A DNA stretch of 64,000 bases from assembly GCA_002633005.1 (NCBI GenBank), contig NMRA01000126.1, positions 16,979 through 80,978 of the forward strand. Direction: 5' to 3'. The position numbers and the translations under genes are program-made. The notes under the pieces are model-generated. The model saw only the letters and a list, made by a program, of their open reading frames with translations. It was not told the origin of the DNA and ran no database searches. Below, in pieces: positions 1 through 13,200 of this stretch; position 1 is the stretch's first letter; the number at the start of each line of letters is the position of its first letter. The DNA comes from Phoronis australis (taxonomy: Eukaryota > Animalia > Phoronida).

Positions 1-1
1 G

Positions 2-304
2 GAAGAGACCAAAAAGATAATTGATGTGGAACTCGGAACAGCACAAGCATTCAATTGAGGTAGGCATAACAACGCACACAGTGCATTTGCACCAAGATGT
101 GTCACCACGTCTGTCTTCAGTAGCCGCCTCGTTTCTCTCAACAGCTGCCTGTGCCTGTGTGTACTCTGCCTCGTTGTACTCGGGCTCAAACATGTACCCA
201 CCCACTGAATGTCCGTGAAAAAATTCCTCGTCACCACTGCTGTGAACAAGGTCTCCGTCACTCACACTACTGTCACTGTGATACGGGTCACCGACTCCAG
301 CCAT
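2..304 (-). CDS. 5' part of a P2X7 C-terminal (ballast/ZCD)-like, KolX/nanor-type Cys-rich protein; runs off the window edge
   Basis: Manual translation from ATG at 304 is open for 101 codons: MAGVGDPYHSDSS...GYMFEPEY...RRGDTSWCKCTVCVVMPTSIECLCCSEF. The YxFEP...WCxCxxC..M.T..EC.CC.E pattern is typical of this family. Not in the ORF track, presumably because no stop falls inside the window. Confidence 0.75.
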   Translation of the reverse strand, partial: MAGVGDPYHSDSSVSDGDLVHSSGDEEFFHGHSVGGYMFEPEYNEAEYTQAQAAVERNEAATEDRRGDTSWCKCTVCVVMPTSIECLCCSEFHINYLFGLF

Positions 305-505
305 TTTCAGCTTACAACACACTAAACAATCCCTAAATCCAACGCAGTTGAGTTCTCTACTAACCTATCTTGCCGCAGAATACTCGCCGATGGAAAGTGG
401 TGGCGACAATTGGTGAAAAATAGCACAAAACAAAAGTAGAATAGAACAGATTCGCACAGTAAGCTCAACGCAAAACCAAGTGGCGGGAAGCGCTTGCCTC
501 CTAAA

Positions 506-518
506 ACGTCACTTCCGG
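506..518 (-). promoter_or_regulatory. ETS/CRE composite motif upstream of the KolX-like ORF
   Basis: Minus strand CCGGAAGTGACGT about 200 bp upstream of the ATG at 304. Confidence 0.4.
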
Positions 519-640
519 AAAAGCGGACGAGTAAGTAATAAAATTACGAAAAGCTGTAATTAAGTGAAAAATATGTCTAGGATAACCAGCCAACCTTATT
601 TTAGCTCAAAATGACATGGAAAAAGGTTGCCTTCGCCTTT

Positions 641-1630
641 AAACTTGGAATTGGGTAGAAAACAATTGAGAACAATGCATTCAGAGGTGTTCCAAACGTA
701 ATAGAAAATGCATTTATGACATACTGTAACCGGTCAGAGAATATTTGCTACACCACACGATTTTTTGTAAAGAAGAAGTTGAATTATTCCAAGTTTAAGC
801 CAGGGCGTGGCTTGCTTAAACTTGGAATTGGGTACAAAAATCTACGAAATGCACTCAGGGATATTTCAAAAGTAATAGAAAATGCATTTACAATGTATTG
901 CTACCAGTGAAAAAATGTTTGCTTAACCACGTGATTTTTTGTAAGGCGGAAACTTGACTTATTCCAAGTTGGAGCGAGCCACGCCCTTGCTTAAACTTGG
1001 AATTGGGTAGAAAAAACTGCGAATGCGCTCAGAAGTGTTCCAAAATGATTAGAAAATGCATTGAAAATGTCTTGCAACCAGTTGCCGAAAGTTTGGTTCA
1101 CTATGGGATTTTTTGTAAAGCAGAAATTGAATTATTCCAAGTTAAAGCAAGGGCGTATCTTGCTTAAACGTTGAATTTACGCAATTAAAAAACTGCGAAT
1201 GCGCTCAGAAGTATTTTAAAGGTAATAGAAAAAAAGCACTTAAAATGTATTGCAACCAGTCAGAGAATGTTTGGTTCACTACGTGAGTTTTTGTGAAGCA
1301 GAAATTGAGTTATTCCAAGTTGAAGCGAGCCACGCCCTTTCTTAAACTTGGAATTGGGTAGAAAATAACTGCCAATGCATTCATAGGTGTTTCGAAAGTA
1401 ATAGAAAATGCATTTACATTGTATCGCAATCGCTAAGAGAAGGTTTGGTTCACATCGCGAATTTTTTAGAGAAGAAATTGAATTATTCCAAGTTTAAGCA
1501 ACCAGTGTGGCTTGCTTAAACTTGGAATTAGGTAGAAAAAAGTGCGAATGAGCTCAGAAGTGCTCTAAAGGTAATAGAAAAAAAAACATTTAAAATGTAT
1601 TGCAGCCAGTTAGAGAATGTTTAATTCACC
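641..1630. repeat. ~175-bp tandem satellite, about 5.5 units, with a hairpin at each junction
   Basis: aaacttggaatt (variant at 1166) recurs at 641, 818, 993, 1166, 1344, 1518. Junction arms are ttccaagtttaagc / gcttaaacttggaa. Confidence 0.92.
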
Positions 1631-2099
1631 CCTTGATCAAACGTCAACCAGGCACTAATTTCAAACATCCAGCTTTATTTTTATATTGGAATAGGTAGCA
1701 ACACAGAAATAATACGACTCAAATAACCACCGTAGCCGTAGTGGTATGACCTTGAATGCCCGGTGCATTACCGAGGGACATGTAATCACAATACAGTCCT
1801 TAAATGATTTTTTATTTCACTCCCTCGGTACTAACCATTATTCATGACCAGGCCACGGAAGCTTTATCTCGATTTTTTAGAAATCTTTTCTCTCCGTAGC
1901 CTACCGGTTCAGTAACGATTTCAGCCCAAGCGCCTTGTTCTATGCCAGCCAAGTTCACGCAAGATTCCAAGTTCACGTACGGGGTTTGGCAGTTCGCTTA
2001 ATCTCAAGATCACTTGCTTGATCTTGGAATTCCAAGTTCACGTAACACTCACTTCCGCTTATTCTTGAGAATAAGCAGGATTTCAAGTTGAAGTACAAC

Positions 2100-2460
2100 A
2101 TCGATAACATTAAAAATGACCACTACGTGGCGCAAAATGACTCGAATTTATTCAAAAATGGAAGGATAGCGTCGCTTGCCTATGTGCCAAGTTTCATGAA
2201 AATACGTCGAGGACCTTTGAAGATACAGAGGTAAATGTTAGCAATTAAAATTGCCACTGGCGTGACCAGTAGTCGGATCCATCCGAACTTCGTCGTCAGC
2301 TGTCGTCTGCTTCATAGGAACTCAAATGACAAATTTCATAACGATCCTGTGAGGGTTTAGGAGATACAGCTGCAGAAGCTAACGACGGACGCGTGGACGC
2401 CCGGACAGACAGAGACGATGGTAATATGCACCCGCATATGAAGATGTGGGCGCATAAAAA
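2100..2460 (-). mobile_element. Partial DINE/HINE-like copy (5' head plus about 2 subunits)
   Basis: Ends with gacggac...tatgcacccgcatatgaagatgtgggcgcataaaaa, the reverse complement of the head of the 26438-28432 element. Confidence 0.8.
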
Positions 2461-5400
2461 CCTCTAAATTTCTGTAAGTTTGAAGCTTCGTATCAGAAAT
2501 AGATCTTCAAATTTATGTAAAATTTCAAATACTATGATTTAAACACCGTTCACAAAACGAAAGTGTAATAATCATATTTTAGACCACCATTAAAAGTGTT
2601 TCTGAGATCACTTCTGGAACATTTTCATCAAATGAAATTCGAACTTGTTATCGATGCCGTTGTCTTATTATCAATGTGTCTTTGTTTTTTGACAAATTTT
2701 ACGGCTTTTTGAGAGACTGTGCCCTGAAATCATATTGTACATCAATAAAGACCCTACCTTTTTCTCTGGTGTAAATCGTGTGAGTGGTTCTGCGCCACTT
2801 TTGGTATACTGTCACTGCTACTACGTTAGTTAATGGTATACAAGTCAGCCAAAGTCCAATCGTTCCACAATGGTCAAGTCGCTAAAAATCTACAATGAGA
2901 TTAAAAGGAAATCAACACCTTAGAAGTGATAAATCAATATGACCTGCATTGAAATCTACAAGTGAGAAAGAGTTTGGGCCTAAGGTATGAAATCACGGTA
3001 TTCCTCGGTCTGAAAGTTAGCTAAACTAAAAGTCCGTAAATCTGAAGATCCAGACAAGTCCGAAAATCTACCAGTTCGAAAGCATGAAGTTAGAACTTTC
3101 ATAACACAAGTTTCTGAATAATGATGTCCAGCAAAAAGTTCAGAGTTTATGAACATGTACACGTGCCCGTTTGAAACTAGTCCTTCGAAGAGCCTGTGGT
3201 TCTCAAAAGGAACCAAAGTTCGGCAATTGTTACTGAGCTGCCACGTTTACTTACATTTTCAAATTTTGGTTTACAGCCACTAAATGTTTGCTACTCCACT
3301 GTCGATGACTTTGAATCACTGCTTTGGGGTGTCATGGACCTTCGGATTAGTTCCCGACTAACTAGCTTTACTTTCTGTTGGATTTGTGAACCTTCAAACT
3401 TATAGGGCCTTTATAAAAACATTTTCATTTGTCGCATAAATTGCCTTCAGGCTTGTCAACCTTCGGAGCTCATCATATTTATACGAATGCACTATGACTC
3501 AGAAGCTGTATACGTTAAATTACCTCCTTAATTTTAGTCTTCGGTTGTTAATTTCCGTCTTCCATCCTTCTTCTTCCGTTTTGGTTATCCGTGGGTCGCA
3601 CTGTATCGTTGTTGCGTGGGAATGTTAGGTAAATAGACGAAAACATGCATTAGGCCTAATAAGATTTACCAACAATCGAGGAATCAACTATTGTTTTCAA
3701 TTTGCCACTGGTATACTAACTGAAAAATCCTTGTCTCAGCCACGGCAGTTATCGCTCACGGGAACCACTGCCCAGGTCCATCTGGTTGTGGCATATGCAG
3801 AGGAATTTAAAGGACACCATTCAGCATTCATTTTGTGACCTTGAACGTCATTTGGATTATTCATAATGTCTTTCTTGGTATGTTAGGGCTTGTGTTAGTA
3901 TGTTAGTTCAATTGTTAGTCGGGATTAGAAAGAGCGTTAGCGTCAACGCGAATCTACCAGTAAGACAAATAACAAACGTCCAGTGCAAGCGAATGGTAAA
4001 AGATTTGATGGATAGAGATATCTATCCATTTGAGGTACATGTGCGTCATCACTACTCAAACGCTAATACTTGAGTATAACCTAGCGTACAACTAAAATAC
4101 AGTCCACACCTAAAATTAATTGCAATAGTTATGGACACCACACAGTTGTCACAGGTGGGAAACTGTAACTGCTAAGTATCATCCACATCAAAATGTTATC
4201 AATAACGAACGTTACCCACCTCTATCGTCCTTCATATATTGGGTACGACACCATCTCATCACGGTGCGCGCCCTCAAGGAAATGGCCGCATTCTGACACA
4301 ACAGGACGTCCAACTCAAAGAGAAAAATTCAATTGGTCATTCTATTACTTCTCGGAAGGGGTGATTGCGGTTTCCAATAAACTAATAACACTTTAGTAGA
4401 GGCCGTTGCATCAGTAATTATTTGAAGTATATCTGAATTACTTATCAAGATGCAACTGCTGAAGACGAAATTTTCAAATTCAACCAAGCCATCGAAGTGC
4501 AACAACCTGAGGTAACCACGTCGTTACACAATGCATATCAATAAACCCGCCTTTTAGAGATACTGAATACCGAAAGAGTGTCTACTTGAAAATTGTGCCA
4601 CATGTGATCCTGAAGTAAGAAACCGGAGAGATCTTCGTGGGAATTGCATATGAATGGGTACTTTCAAAAACTGAACCGCATGGGGGCTGCGGCGAAACTA
4701 GATACAGGTCGTTCGTCAGTCTTGATTCGTGAACAGAGATTTGCCTTAGGGGTCGCGGTCCCTCATACAGTAGGCTGGCGTATTTGTTGCAAGTTTGTCA
4801 AAGTTTCAACGTCATTTCTTTCGATTTTGTACATTTGGTACTGCTAGATTTTCTCGCCGCGAGAGGGGGTATTGAACTCTACCTTAGTCGGTGTCTGGCG
4901 GGATTGTGCCACAGCTGTTATCAACTGTTAACATATTTGTCGTATTACGATATTTCTACGAAGTGACTTGTTGGTAACATCGTCACGATTCAATATTTCA
5001 TCGCATTTCATGGGTTCATTAATTGCAGCTGCTTACATATTCATTAATTTGTTGCATTATTTGGATTCATTAACTAGTAGTATGGATTCAGCAATTCCTA
5101 ATTAAGAGGCAGTCTTAATAAAAACCAGTAGATTTTCAAAAATCTGTCTATACATCAACATTCAAAACAACTTCATTATTTGTACATGGATAGGTATTGA
5201 GCAAAAAAAAACATCCAGCCTCAACTTGACATTTTAGTGAAAATTGTCTTGCAAAACTGTCTGTTTTGGAAAAGATGAGCAGAGTTTACAGACCATTTGA
5301 ATGGAAATTTGAACAAGAATTGTACATTAAATTGTTATAAAAATCAAGCCTAAGCTAAGTTTTTTGGATCTTTTGTGCGGTCAGTATTAAAAAATTGAAT

Positions 5401-7099
5401 CCGATGACCTTTGCCCAGCCAGTCGATTGACATTAAGTTTGAGGATATATAAAAAACTTATACATGTAACTCTCTTGTTTTCTTCCATTATCAGGTTACT
5501 TCAAATTCTTTAGAGTGTTTAAATAGTAATAAATGCCTTTGAAGTTTAAACTTGTAAAAATTGTTATTTGTAAATATTGGTTTTGAGGTTGTCATGTGCT
5601 TAAAGACTAAACGGGGAACGAAGGTACTTCCTGATCGTTTACAATAGAGAGTTTTCAACAAAACGTGCGATCACGAAAGCTTTGTGGCTTTAGTTAGTCA
5701 TGCTAAAGACACTTCAAAACACCTGAGATGCTGTAAAGTACTACCTCATAAATCAAGGCCAATGTCAGAGACTGAGGTCGTACTAGCCAGAGTAGATAAA
5801 TTTGTGACTGAACAGTTCCAGCTACTTGTGGAGTCAAATCGTATGCGATGTTCACCGAATATCATGGAGAATTTGGTGCCGGTTTTCACCAAAGCCACCT
5901 GAAATGCCAGTAGTCGGTCCAGTAGCGTAGCGAGCCCCTCTTTTCCACCCTCTCGACACCTCACAGGGCACCCTCTCCCACTCCTCCCGGTCGGCACCTG
6001 GTGCCCCCCCCCTCAATTTGAACAACACGTGTTTGGCAGCCTCTCCCGTCCCCTTCCTACGCCATAAAGACAGTCACTCGGTATGTTTGAAGGCCAGACC
6101 GTTACTTGTGTTGAGCTTTGTTGACCCACTGTCTGACATGAACTGAGTCATTAATAAAATTGATAAAATTTTCTTTCATGGATTGTTTTCTATTGACATG
6201 GATTGCCGAAATATTCGATGTTGGGTGACCAGTGGAGACTAAAATTGGTAGCAACCTGCGTTGAAATTACAATATGAACACAAAATTACAATGCTTTTTG
6301 AACGAGTTGGCGGATTTTTTTTAATTGAACAGAGGATCATAGCCCCTTGAGTGCCCCTTTCCTATGTCAGTGGCTCTCACAACGAAGAACGAGAGCAAGG
6401 CAGGTTCGGCTTCTACTGGTCGAGTTCACAGTCTCCATGTAAACAAGTGCTGTCTGATTTTTCTCTAAGATACAAGCTTTTTGCGACATGTTTTTGCAAG
6501 CATGTTCCAAGAGCCCTCTATTGGTGGTTGAAGCAACTGAGAACCAATGCAGTTCGTGTAATGCTTCGTAAGCAAAAACTAAGGGAGAGGGAAGATTTGT
6601 TTTAGATTATGAACAGATTAGGAACGACTAAACAAATTATTGTAAGGTCAGTTTTTGGAAAGGTGCAATATTGCTGTTACAGAGTGCCAATGTTGGCCAA
6701 ATACGGCTTCAGTGAAAACCTTCAAAATAACCGTTTTTGCCACACAAAATCAAAACATACCAATTTGAAAATGAATTTTGAAAGTTTTGCCATTAGATTA
6801 TTGAATTATAGTCCTTTCAAACCGTACCACTCGTTTGTTAGATTACTAGTAAAATGTCTACTTCGGTATCCAAGTTTGTTGCAAATTTGAGGTACAGGTC
6901 ATAAAAAGAGGAATAATCAATGGAAATTCTTAAAAAGCGAGATTTTTTACATCTCACCAAACCAAACTCATGTGCTAAGTCTAAAAAATTGTGATTTTGG
7001 GTATATACTCTTCCTGTTAGTTTTATACGGAGTCACTCTTGATTTGTAGAATTATACAGATTAATGGCTAATTAAATTTCTCCTTTTTTACATGTTCAA

Positions 7100-7880
7100 T
7101 AAGACGTTGCATTTTACGGATTCATCCGTTCTTCGCATTTTACGCAGTCACTAATTCTTTGCATTGTTCAAATTCATTGGTTTGTTAGTTATTCTCAGGT
7201 TATCCAATTCATAGCAGTTTAAGGATTCGCAAATTTGTTGCATTTTGCAAATTTGTCCCATTTTATGCATTCTCACTGCTCTTCTCAGACCTTGATATGA
7301 ACTTTTCGGTTTGACATATTCATTTATCCACAGCACGTTATGATTTTATAGTTAACTCCACTTTATGTAACCATGGTGATTTTTGTTTCACGGATTCACT
7401 AATATCGACGCAATTTTCCACCGTTTATTTCATGGCGTTTACGTATTGTTAATTAGTTGCATTTTAGATTCATTTATTTATATTATTTACGAATTCATTT
7501 ATTTGTTTTATCTTGCGATGCAATAATTCGTGGCATTCTATGTGTGCATTACAATAAATCATTCCATTTTACGGAATGAAAATATATGGAACCGAACAGG
7601 TGTATCACTTCATTTACAGATTCATTTAGTCGTCACATGTTGCATGTTCAAGAATATTTGACGATCACATTTTACAAATTTTCGAAGCCTTAGGATTCTC
7701 TTATTGGATTGTACGATTTCAATGACACTTGTAAACCGTAGGATATTGAGGAATCGTTGATTCGTCGCAACTTCCAGAGTGATAACCATTTCATTTTACA
7801 GAATAATTAATTCATGCATGTACGTGCTGCATATTTTCATACTCGGCACTTTACGGAATACGTCACATTTTACGGGGTTC
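7100..7880. repeat. Degenerate minisatellite with a (g)cattttacggattcatt motif
   Basis: Ten or more diverged copies, e.g. gttgcattttacggattcat, gttgcattttagattcattt, ccattttacggaat, cacattttacgggg. A similar tract lies at ~4995-5095. Confidence 0.55.
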
Positions 7881-8144
7881 GTGAAAAATGATGAACAGTC
7901 TCTCTGGGGTGTTACACGGCTTTAAACGATTCTTCGCTTTACAAAATGGAAAAAAGAACGACGAAGCTGCACTGCTTCATTTCATTTCATTAAAGGATTG
8001 GCGGGACAGCCAGGAACGGTTTCCAGAAACTGATATTCAACACTACAAATTATCGTTTTGATATTCCACGTATTCCTTGAAATTGACATTTTGTGGCAAA
8101 AATGCCAATGTTGAACGTTTGATATATGTATTTTCCACTAGAAA

Positions 8145-8220
8145 TGGGGATCACTAGGACTTGAACCCAGAAACTCACGTCTTACAACATGCCTGCTACA
8201 TTACTGAACATGGCCCCGGG
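8145..8220 (-). mobile_element. tRNA-derived SINE-like head fragment
   Basis: Minus-strand B-box-like GGTTCAAGTCC. No cloverleaf. Confidence 0.3.
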
Positions 8221-10059
8221 TCACAGTTTTTTTTGGAAAGTAAAGCATAGTGACAAAGGAAGTTTTAATCGAGAAATAACTCGATTCTGTTCCGCATTGT
8301 TCGAATAAAGGCAAAAAGTAGCTCCCGTGACAGAAGCAGACAAATGGATGTAAGTACAGTAGTTCACATACGATTTATTAATTATACCGCGAAAAATTCA
8401 ATGGAACCAAGTGGGGAAAACTGAGTGGTTGATGCCACCTGCCGGGCACCCGCTGGACATTATTGTTCCGTACTTCGACCACGTAGGTTGCTTTTTGGGA
8501 ATCGTACAAAAACTTGAGTCCTGACTCACCGACTGGGAGAATATAAAATATATTCATGACTTTTCGTAAACGCAGTTTTCATTTAGTCATCATCGGGTAT
8601 TTTATTGCTCTTTAGGTTTTGATTTGTCCCGGAGTCCGTCTTCCACCTAATAGTATCATGACTTAATGGTATCATAGACTAAATGTCTATACATTTGAGG
8701 TAGTACTGGGGTCACTTTCTGTGTGAAAAAAATACTTTTTTGCGAACTAATCCAGTGAGTTAAACAGTGGATTTTTCATTTAAAGTTTAGGTACAGTTAT
8801 TTTGTCATTTTGATAAAGCTTTATCATGACTTAGTACTATTGCTAGAAAAAGAAGCACATGTAATTTGCTGGATAATTTACACCCCTATTTATATTGAAC
8901 ATTTCATTCTCCTGAAAATATTTTTAAATTGTTCGTAATATGATATGTTGTAAAACAATACCAATATTAACACATTCTAACATTTGCCTATATATTTTAA
9001 GGATTCATTGGTCTCTCTTTCTGTGAGAACAAAGCTTTTTTGCTGGATGATACTATGACATATGAATGCAATTTGTGTGTGTACAGTTACAATTATGTTG
9101 TCGTTCTTCTGTTAATTTCAGTTTCTATGAATGGGGAGAGGTGTATTAGCATTCTAGAGACTACATCAACCTACCAAGCATAGATCTAGGAAGTGTTATA
9201 CATCAAAGTGATTTTTTTCAATAACTCGTCTCTACGCCACCAGGTGGAAATGAAAAGCTCATGCTTTATTTGATTTCGAAGGTCCTGGACAAAGGTTACA
9301 TCACGTATTTATTACTTTTAGCCACAGATGGCTTTTCTAACGGCCGATTTCTTTCGATTATGTACTTTAAATCGGCTGAATTTCACCAGGGCTTGCTGTG
9401 ATATGAGTGAGGGTCAGTTAGGTTTCGGGGACGGCTTGGACATTGGGTGGCTTCACCCTGGGAAGACGTGGCCGGGAGTGTTGGGTGGCCCTGTATCATG
9501 CGATGCTCGGGTGGGAGCTACCGCACCGGTCTTCCATGTATGTTTGTGTCTGCGCTGCCATATAGTGCAATTTCCAATGTAGTTAAGGTATAGCGGCGTC
9601 TGGTAGGTGGGTGCGGTATGGTGTCAGTAGAGGGGCCTGTCATGTACAGCGACCACAACTCCGGCTCTATGGTCAACCAGGGTGTGACTGGGTTGCGAGC
9701 TTTGCACTGCTCATCCTGAGGTATCCAACATGTCCTAGTGTGATGTGCCCCAAGTCAAACGTCTTGCCTGCACCCCGAAGGGGGGGGGTGAGCTTCATTG
9801 AATATGGAGGCAAATCCGAGGAAGGCATCGGTCCATTTCCCATGCGACTAGCTTTTTCCCACATTCCCTGTCACTCCTCTACCAGGGTCACGGCCCCCAC
9901 GCGGGTTGTGGCGGTGGACAGAATTGTTCATCCATGAACATACAACCCTGCTCATGTGGCACATATTGAGCCACAACACCACGTTCCTTACAATATCTTT
10001 TTTATCACTCGAGCTGGTCTTCTCACTCAGCTTGTCCGGAACCTGCTTTGCAGGTTGTT

Positions 10060-10270
10060 ATAGCCCAGTTGGCTGTTTGGTGAACCCACTTGGTACTTTC
10101 TATATTTGTCCATTTGGCTTTTGTATCCATTTGGTACTTGTTATTGAATTTGCCGTTTTGCTCGACCCACTTGGTAGGCAATCGGCCAATACCCATTTGG
10201 TATAATGTACCCATTTGGTACTATGCTAACCTGTGCCACTTAGTATCCGATACTCAATTACACATTGGGT
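10060..10270. repeat. Degenerate short repeat (acccaYttggta)
   Basis: About 8 copies of ccaYttgg at irregular spacing. Confidence 0.55.
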
Positions 10271-13200
10271 ATCGTAAATGTGTGTGTGTGTGTTATCTCT
10301 TGTAATTCAGGAACCCAGTTGGTTCCTTCTGTGAAATATTCATTTGTAGAGCTGTGACCCTGAAATTCCCAATACAACCTAAAATATATATTATTCTTGT
10401 TGTTTTATTTGTCCCCAATAATTGATTTTTCGCATTAACTAGCATGTCGTGAACACATCCACTAAAACAAGAAACTGTAGGAACACCGCATTTATCCACC
10501 TTCACTCTTATCAGGCTTCTATTGTGAGTCAGCATGCGTGAATAATTGGCTGATAAGCCACCTCTGGAACTACTTTTGGCTGAATGGATGACCAGGCCAT
10601 AAAATGGTAATATTAGCCAAGACCAGTTACTAATGCAACAAAGAATAGTGTCGTAGTATCATCTAGCCTTGGTGGAAAGCTGTATACTGTNAGCACCCGA
10701 CCACATAACAGCCGACCATGATTAGTAGACGTACTTGCCGGAAATAAAACTTGCTAATTTAGCCAAGTGTCGTGGTGAATAGTAACGTAACGGCTTATGC
10801 GTGAGATCACAGATTTCGTACTTTGAAAGTATACGGAGTTGGTGGTCCATGATGGCACTGAGATAAACAAACTATTCGTTTCCTTTTTGCGGATTATTGG
10901 TTGTCTTCTTCTTTGTATCGTTAAAGACTATTAACTGACATTCTTTATGACGCCATTTGTGGCGGGGGGGGGGGGGGGGGGGCAANGGGCAATCTTAGGC
11001 TTCCTAAGTGTTTCAGTGAGTAAATGCGTATTTTTCTCATCTGAGCATGCAATGTAAGACATGAAAATTCAACGTTCTGTTGAGTTCTTTAGGGGACGTA
11101 TTTCTGATAAACATACATTTTCGTGTGCTCTGCACTTATAAGGGACTCGTGTGAAACCTAGATTTGGACGATTGCCTGATGGAACTGAATACAGTGAATT
11201 ATATTTCATCTTTCCAATTTTATTTCATATGAATTTTGGTTGTTGTACCACCATGTAGAGAGTTTCTCGCTTACACTGGTCACCGCTCAGATTCCCTAAC
11301 CCCCAGACAACTTTTATGATGCCTATTCAGCACGCCCTTTGTGCTGATGTAGGTCTGAGCTAATGACTTGGAAAGGTAACAACTAGAACTACTGTCTCAA
11401 CAATGGTGGTTGTTATTACACCCAAATTGGTTTTCTCTGGCATTTGCTTGTAGTTTTCACTTGATACTTTTTAAATATTACAAAAAGACTAAAAAATTTT
11501 TTGTGTTTATCTTGACAAAGGGACACTTCCTACAGGAAAGATAGCTTTAAATATGCTTCATACCAGTTTTTGTTATTCCATTTTAAATATTCCTGTCTAC
11601 TTTTTTCTTACCGGGAATGGGTTGATATCTTTTTATTTTATTTTTAAACTTGAAGTACCAAAACGATGATAGATTTTGATCGCCAGCCAAACTTAATTAA
11701 TTTAGTTAAGTGTGAACCCATCCCTGGACTTCCAGGTTACACCTACACTAAACATTTCACAGCAAACCAAACTACAGATGTCACTAGTTCAAGTTTAATC
11801 TTTATTAGAACTCAAATCATAAAATGTATACAAAAGTGCAAATATGGTGGTGACCAAACTGAAGATTTGGAATCTGTGGACATTTTCGGTTGCACTGACT
11901 AACTATTCTAGGTTGATGTCAGTCATAAAAAAATGAAGAGTGGGCACAAGTGAAGTACAACTGTTTCCTAATAAAAATCTGGTTGAACGAAATTGAAAGA
12001 ATATTAAAAGAATAATGCATGTGATATTGTTAACTCTGATCAGCGTTTGTAAATCCAACGATTAAATATATATACGCGTCCAATGTTTTTAGCTTATTAG
12101 TTCATCGATTTTTAAAAATCGAAAACCATACTTAGTTCTTTTTTCAGATGAATCCCGCCGTGGTGTTCACTTTTAATGAAAATTATTGGTTAATACATTT
12201 TGAACATACGCCAACATGTACAGGCAGAGATGTTTACTACGGTTTATGGTAGGGTAATTACACTTTATTGGGTCTTGCTCGCACCGGACAATGCGGTCAT
12301 CACAACTGTATCCGACTCCGGCGCCGCGCTCTCTTGGATCCTGGTAAAAGCCGCTCAGAAGGACGAGCGGCGAAAATTCCCGCATACCTTTAGAAATGCA
12401 TGACTTCCTTGTAAACGTATTTTTTACGTCATGACACTGAAAAAATAGTATTAATAATCGGACTCCATATACAGTGGCTCACATTTACTCAGTGGGAATT
12501 ATGAGATTAAGAGAATGCATGAATTACTAGTGAAGACTCAATTTCATTCATAAACAACATTATTTGTAACAGATTTCTGACATAAGATGGCCCTTACGAT
12601 TATTAGCAATCGACTGAGTGATTTGAGGTCCTTTTTGCCACCGGAGTAGGCGTAAACGAGATGCACGTGGTCCTTCATTACTTGTGCCGTCGTGCTAGAG
12701 TTCGGAGTGTTACTAACCAACTGTCACTGCAGATTAAACCTTTCGCCATTGTTTTAGGTTACAAGGAACCAAACTTTTTTAACCAAAGTATGCACCCGTT
12801 AGCGGCATCACTTGACCGAATGAACATAAGTCCGGCGTGCAGAGCAGACTTCAAATAATTGTGATCTACATTTCCACGCCGGTTCAAGATTTCCATATAC
12901 ATTATACGCTGTTATTTTTCTTATTTTGGTAACACTCCTGATTTTTAGAATAAACAAAGTATTTTTAAACCAGTCAGGTATGCAATATGATAATTACTTA
13001 TGAATTAAATTTTTATCTTTAATTTGCTTCGGGTAAAATCATCAAGAACTGACAGAGCTTTGACTTTCTAAAACCGCTCGGAGGTGGTGGCGTGTTACAA
13101 TTATTTTTATAATCTCTTGGTCTCTGAGACCAATTATAAGCAACATTGATTCTCCCTGCCACCAACTACCTAAATTCCTCAACAACATCACATCCCCACT

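Larger units (their letters stand above)
1..642 (-). mobile_element. End of a probable Kolobok-type DNA transposon
   Basis: Plus strand reads ...ggttgccttcgCCT|TTAA (TTAA at 639-642), i.e. TTAA|AGG on the minus strand, matching Kolobok termini and TSD. It carries a KolX-like ORF. The other end is outside the window. Confidence 0.55.

Noticed and set aside
641-1630. CRISPR-like array (palindromic repeat plus intervening sequence)
   Set aside because: The intervening sequences are homologous to each other, there are no cas genes, and the context is eukaryotic.
5684-5997. Short overlapping ORFs, possibly a transposon protein relic
   Set aside because: No motif I can assign with confidence.
9328-10305. 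Cluster of GC-richer ORFs
   Set aside because: No recognisable domain or splice structure, and partly explained by a degenerate repeat.
10962-10986. Poly-G run as a G-quadruplex
   Set aside because: Adjacent to an N, so it may be a sequencing or assembly artefact.
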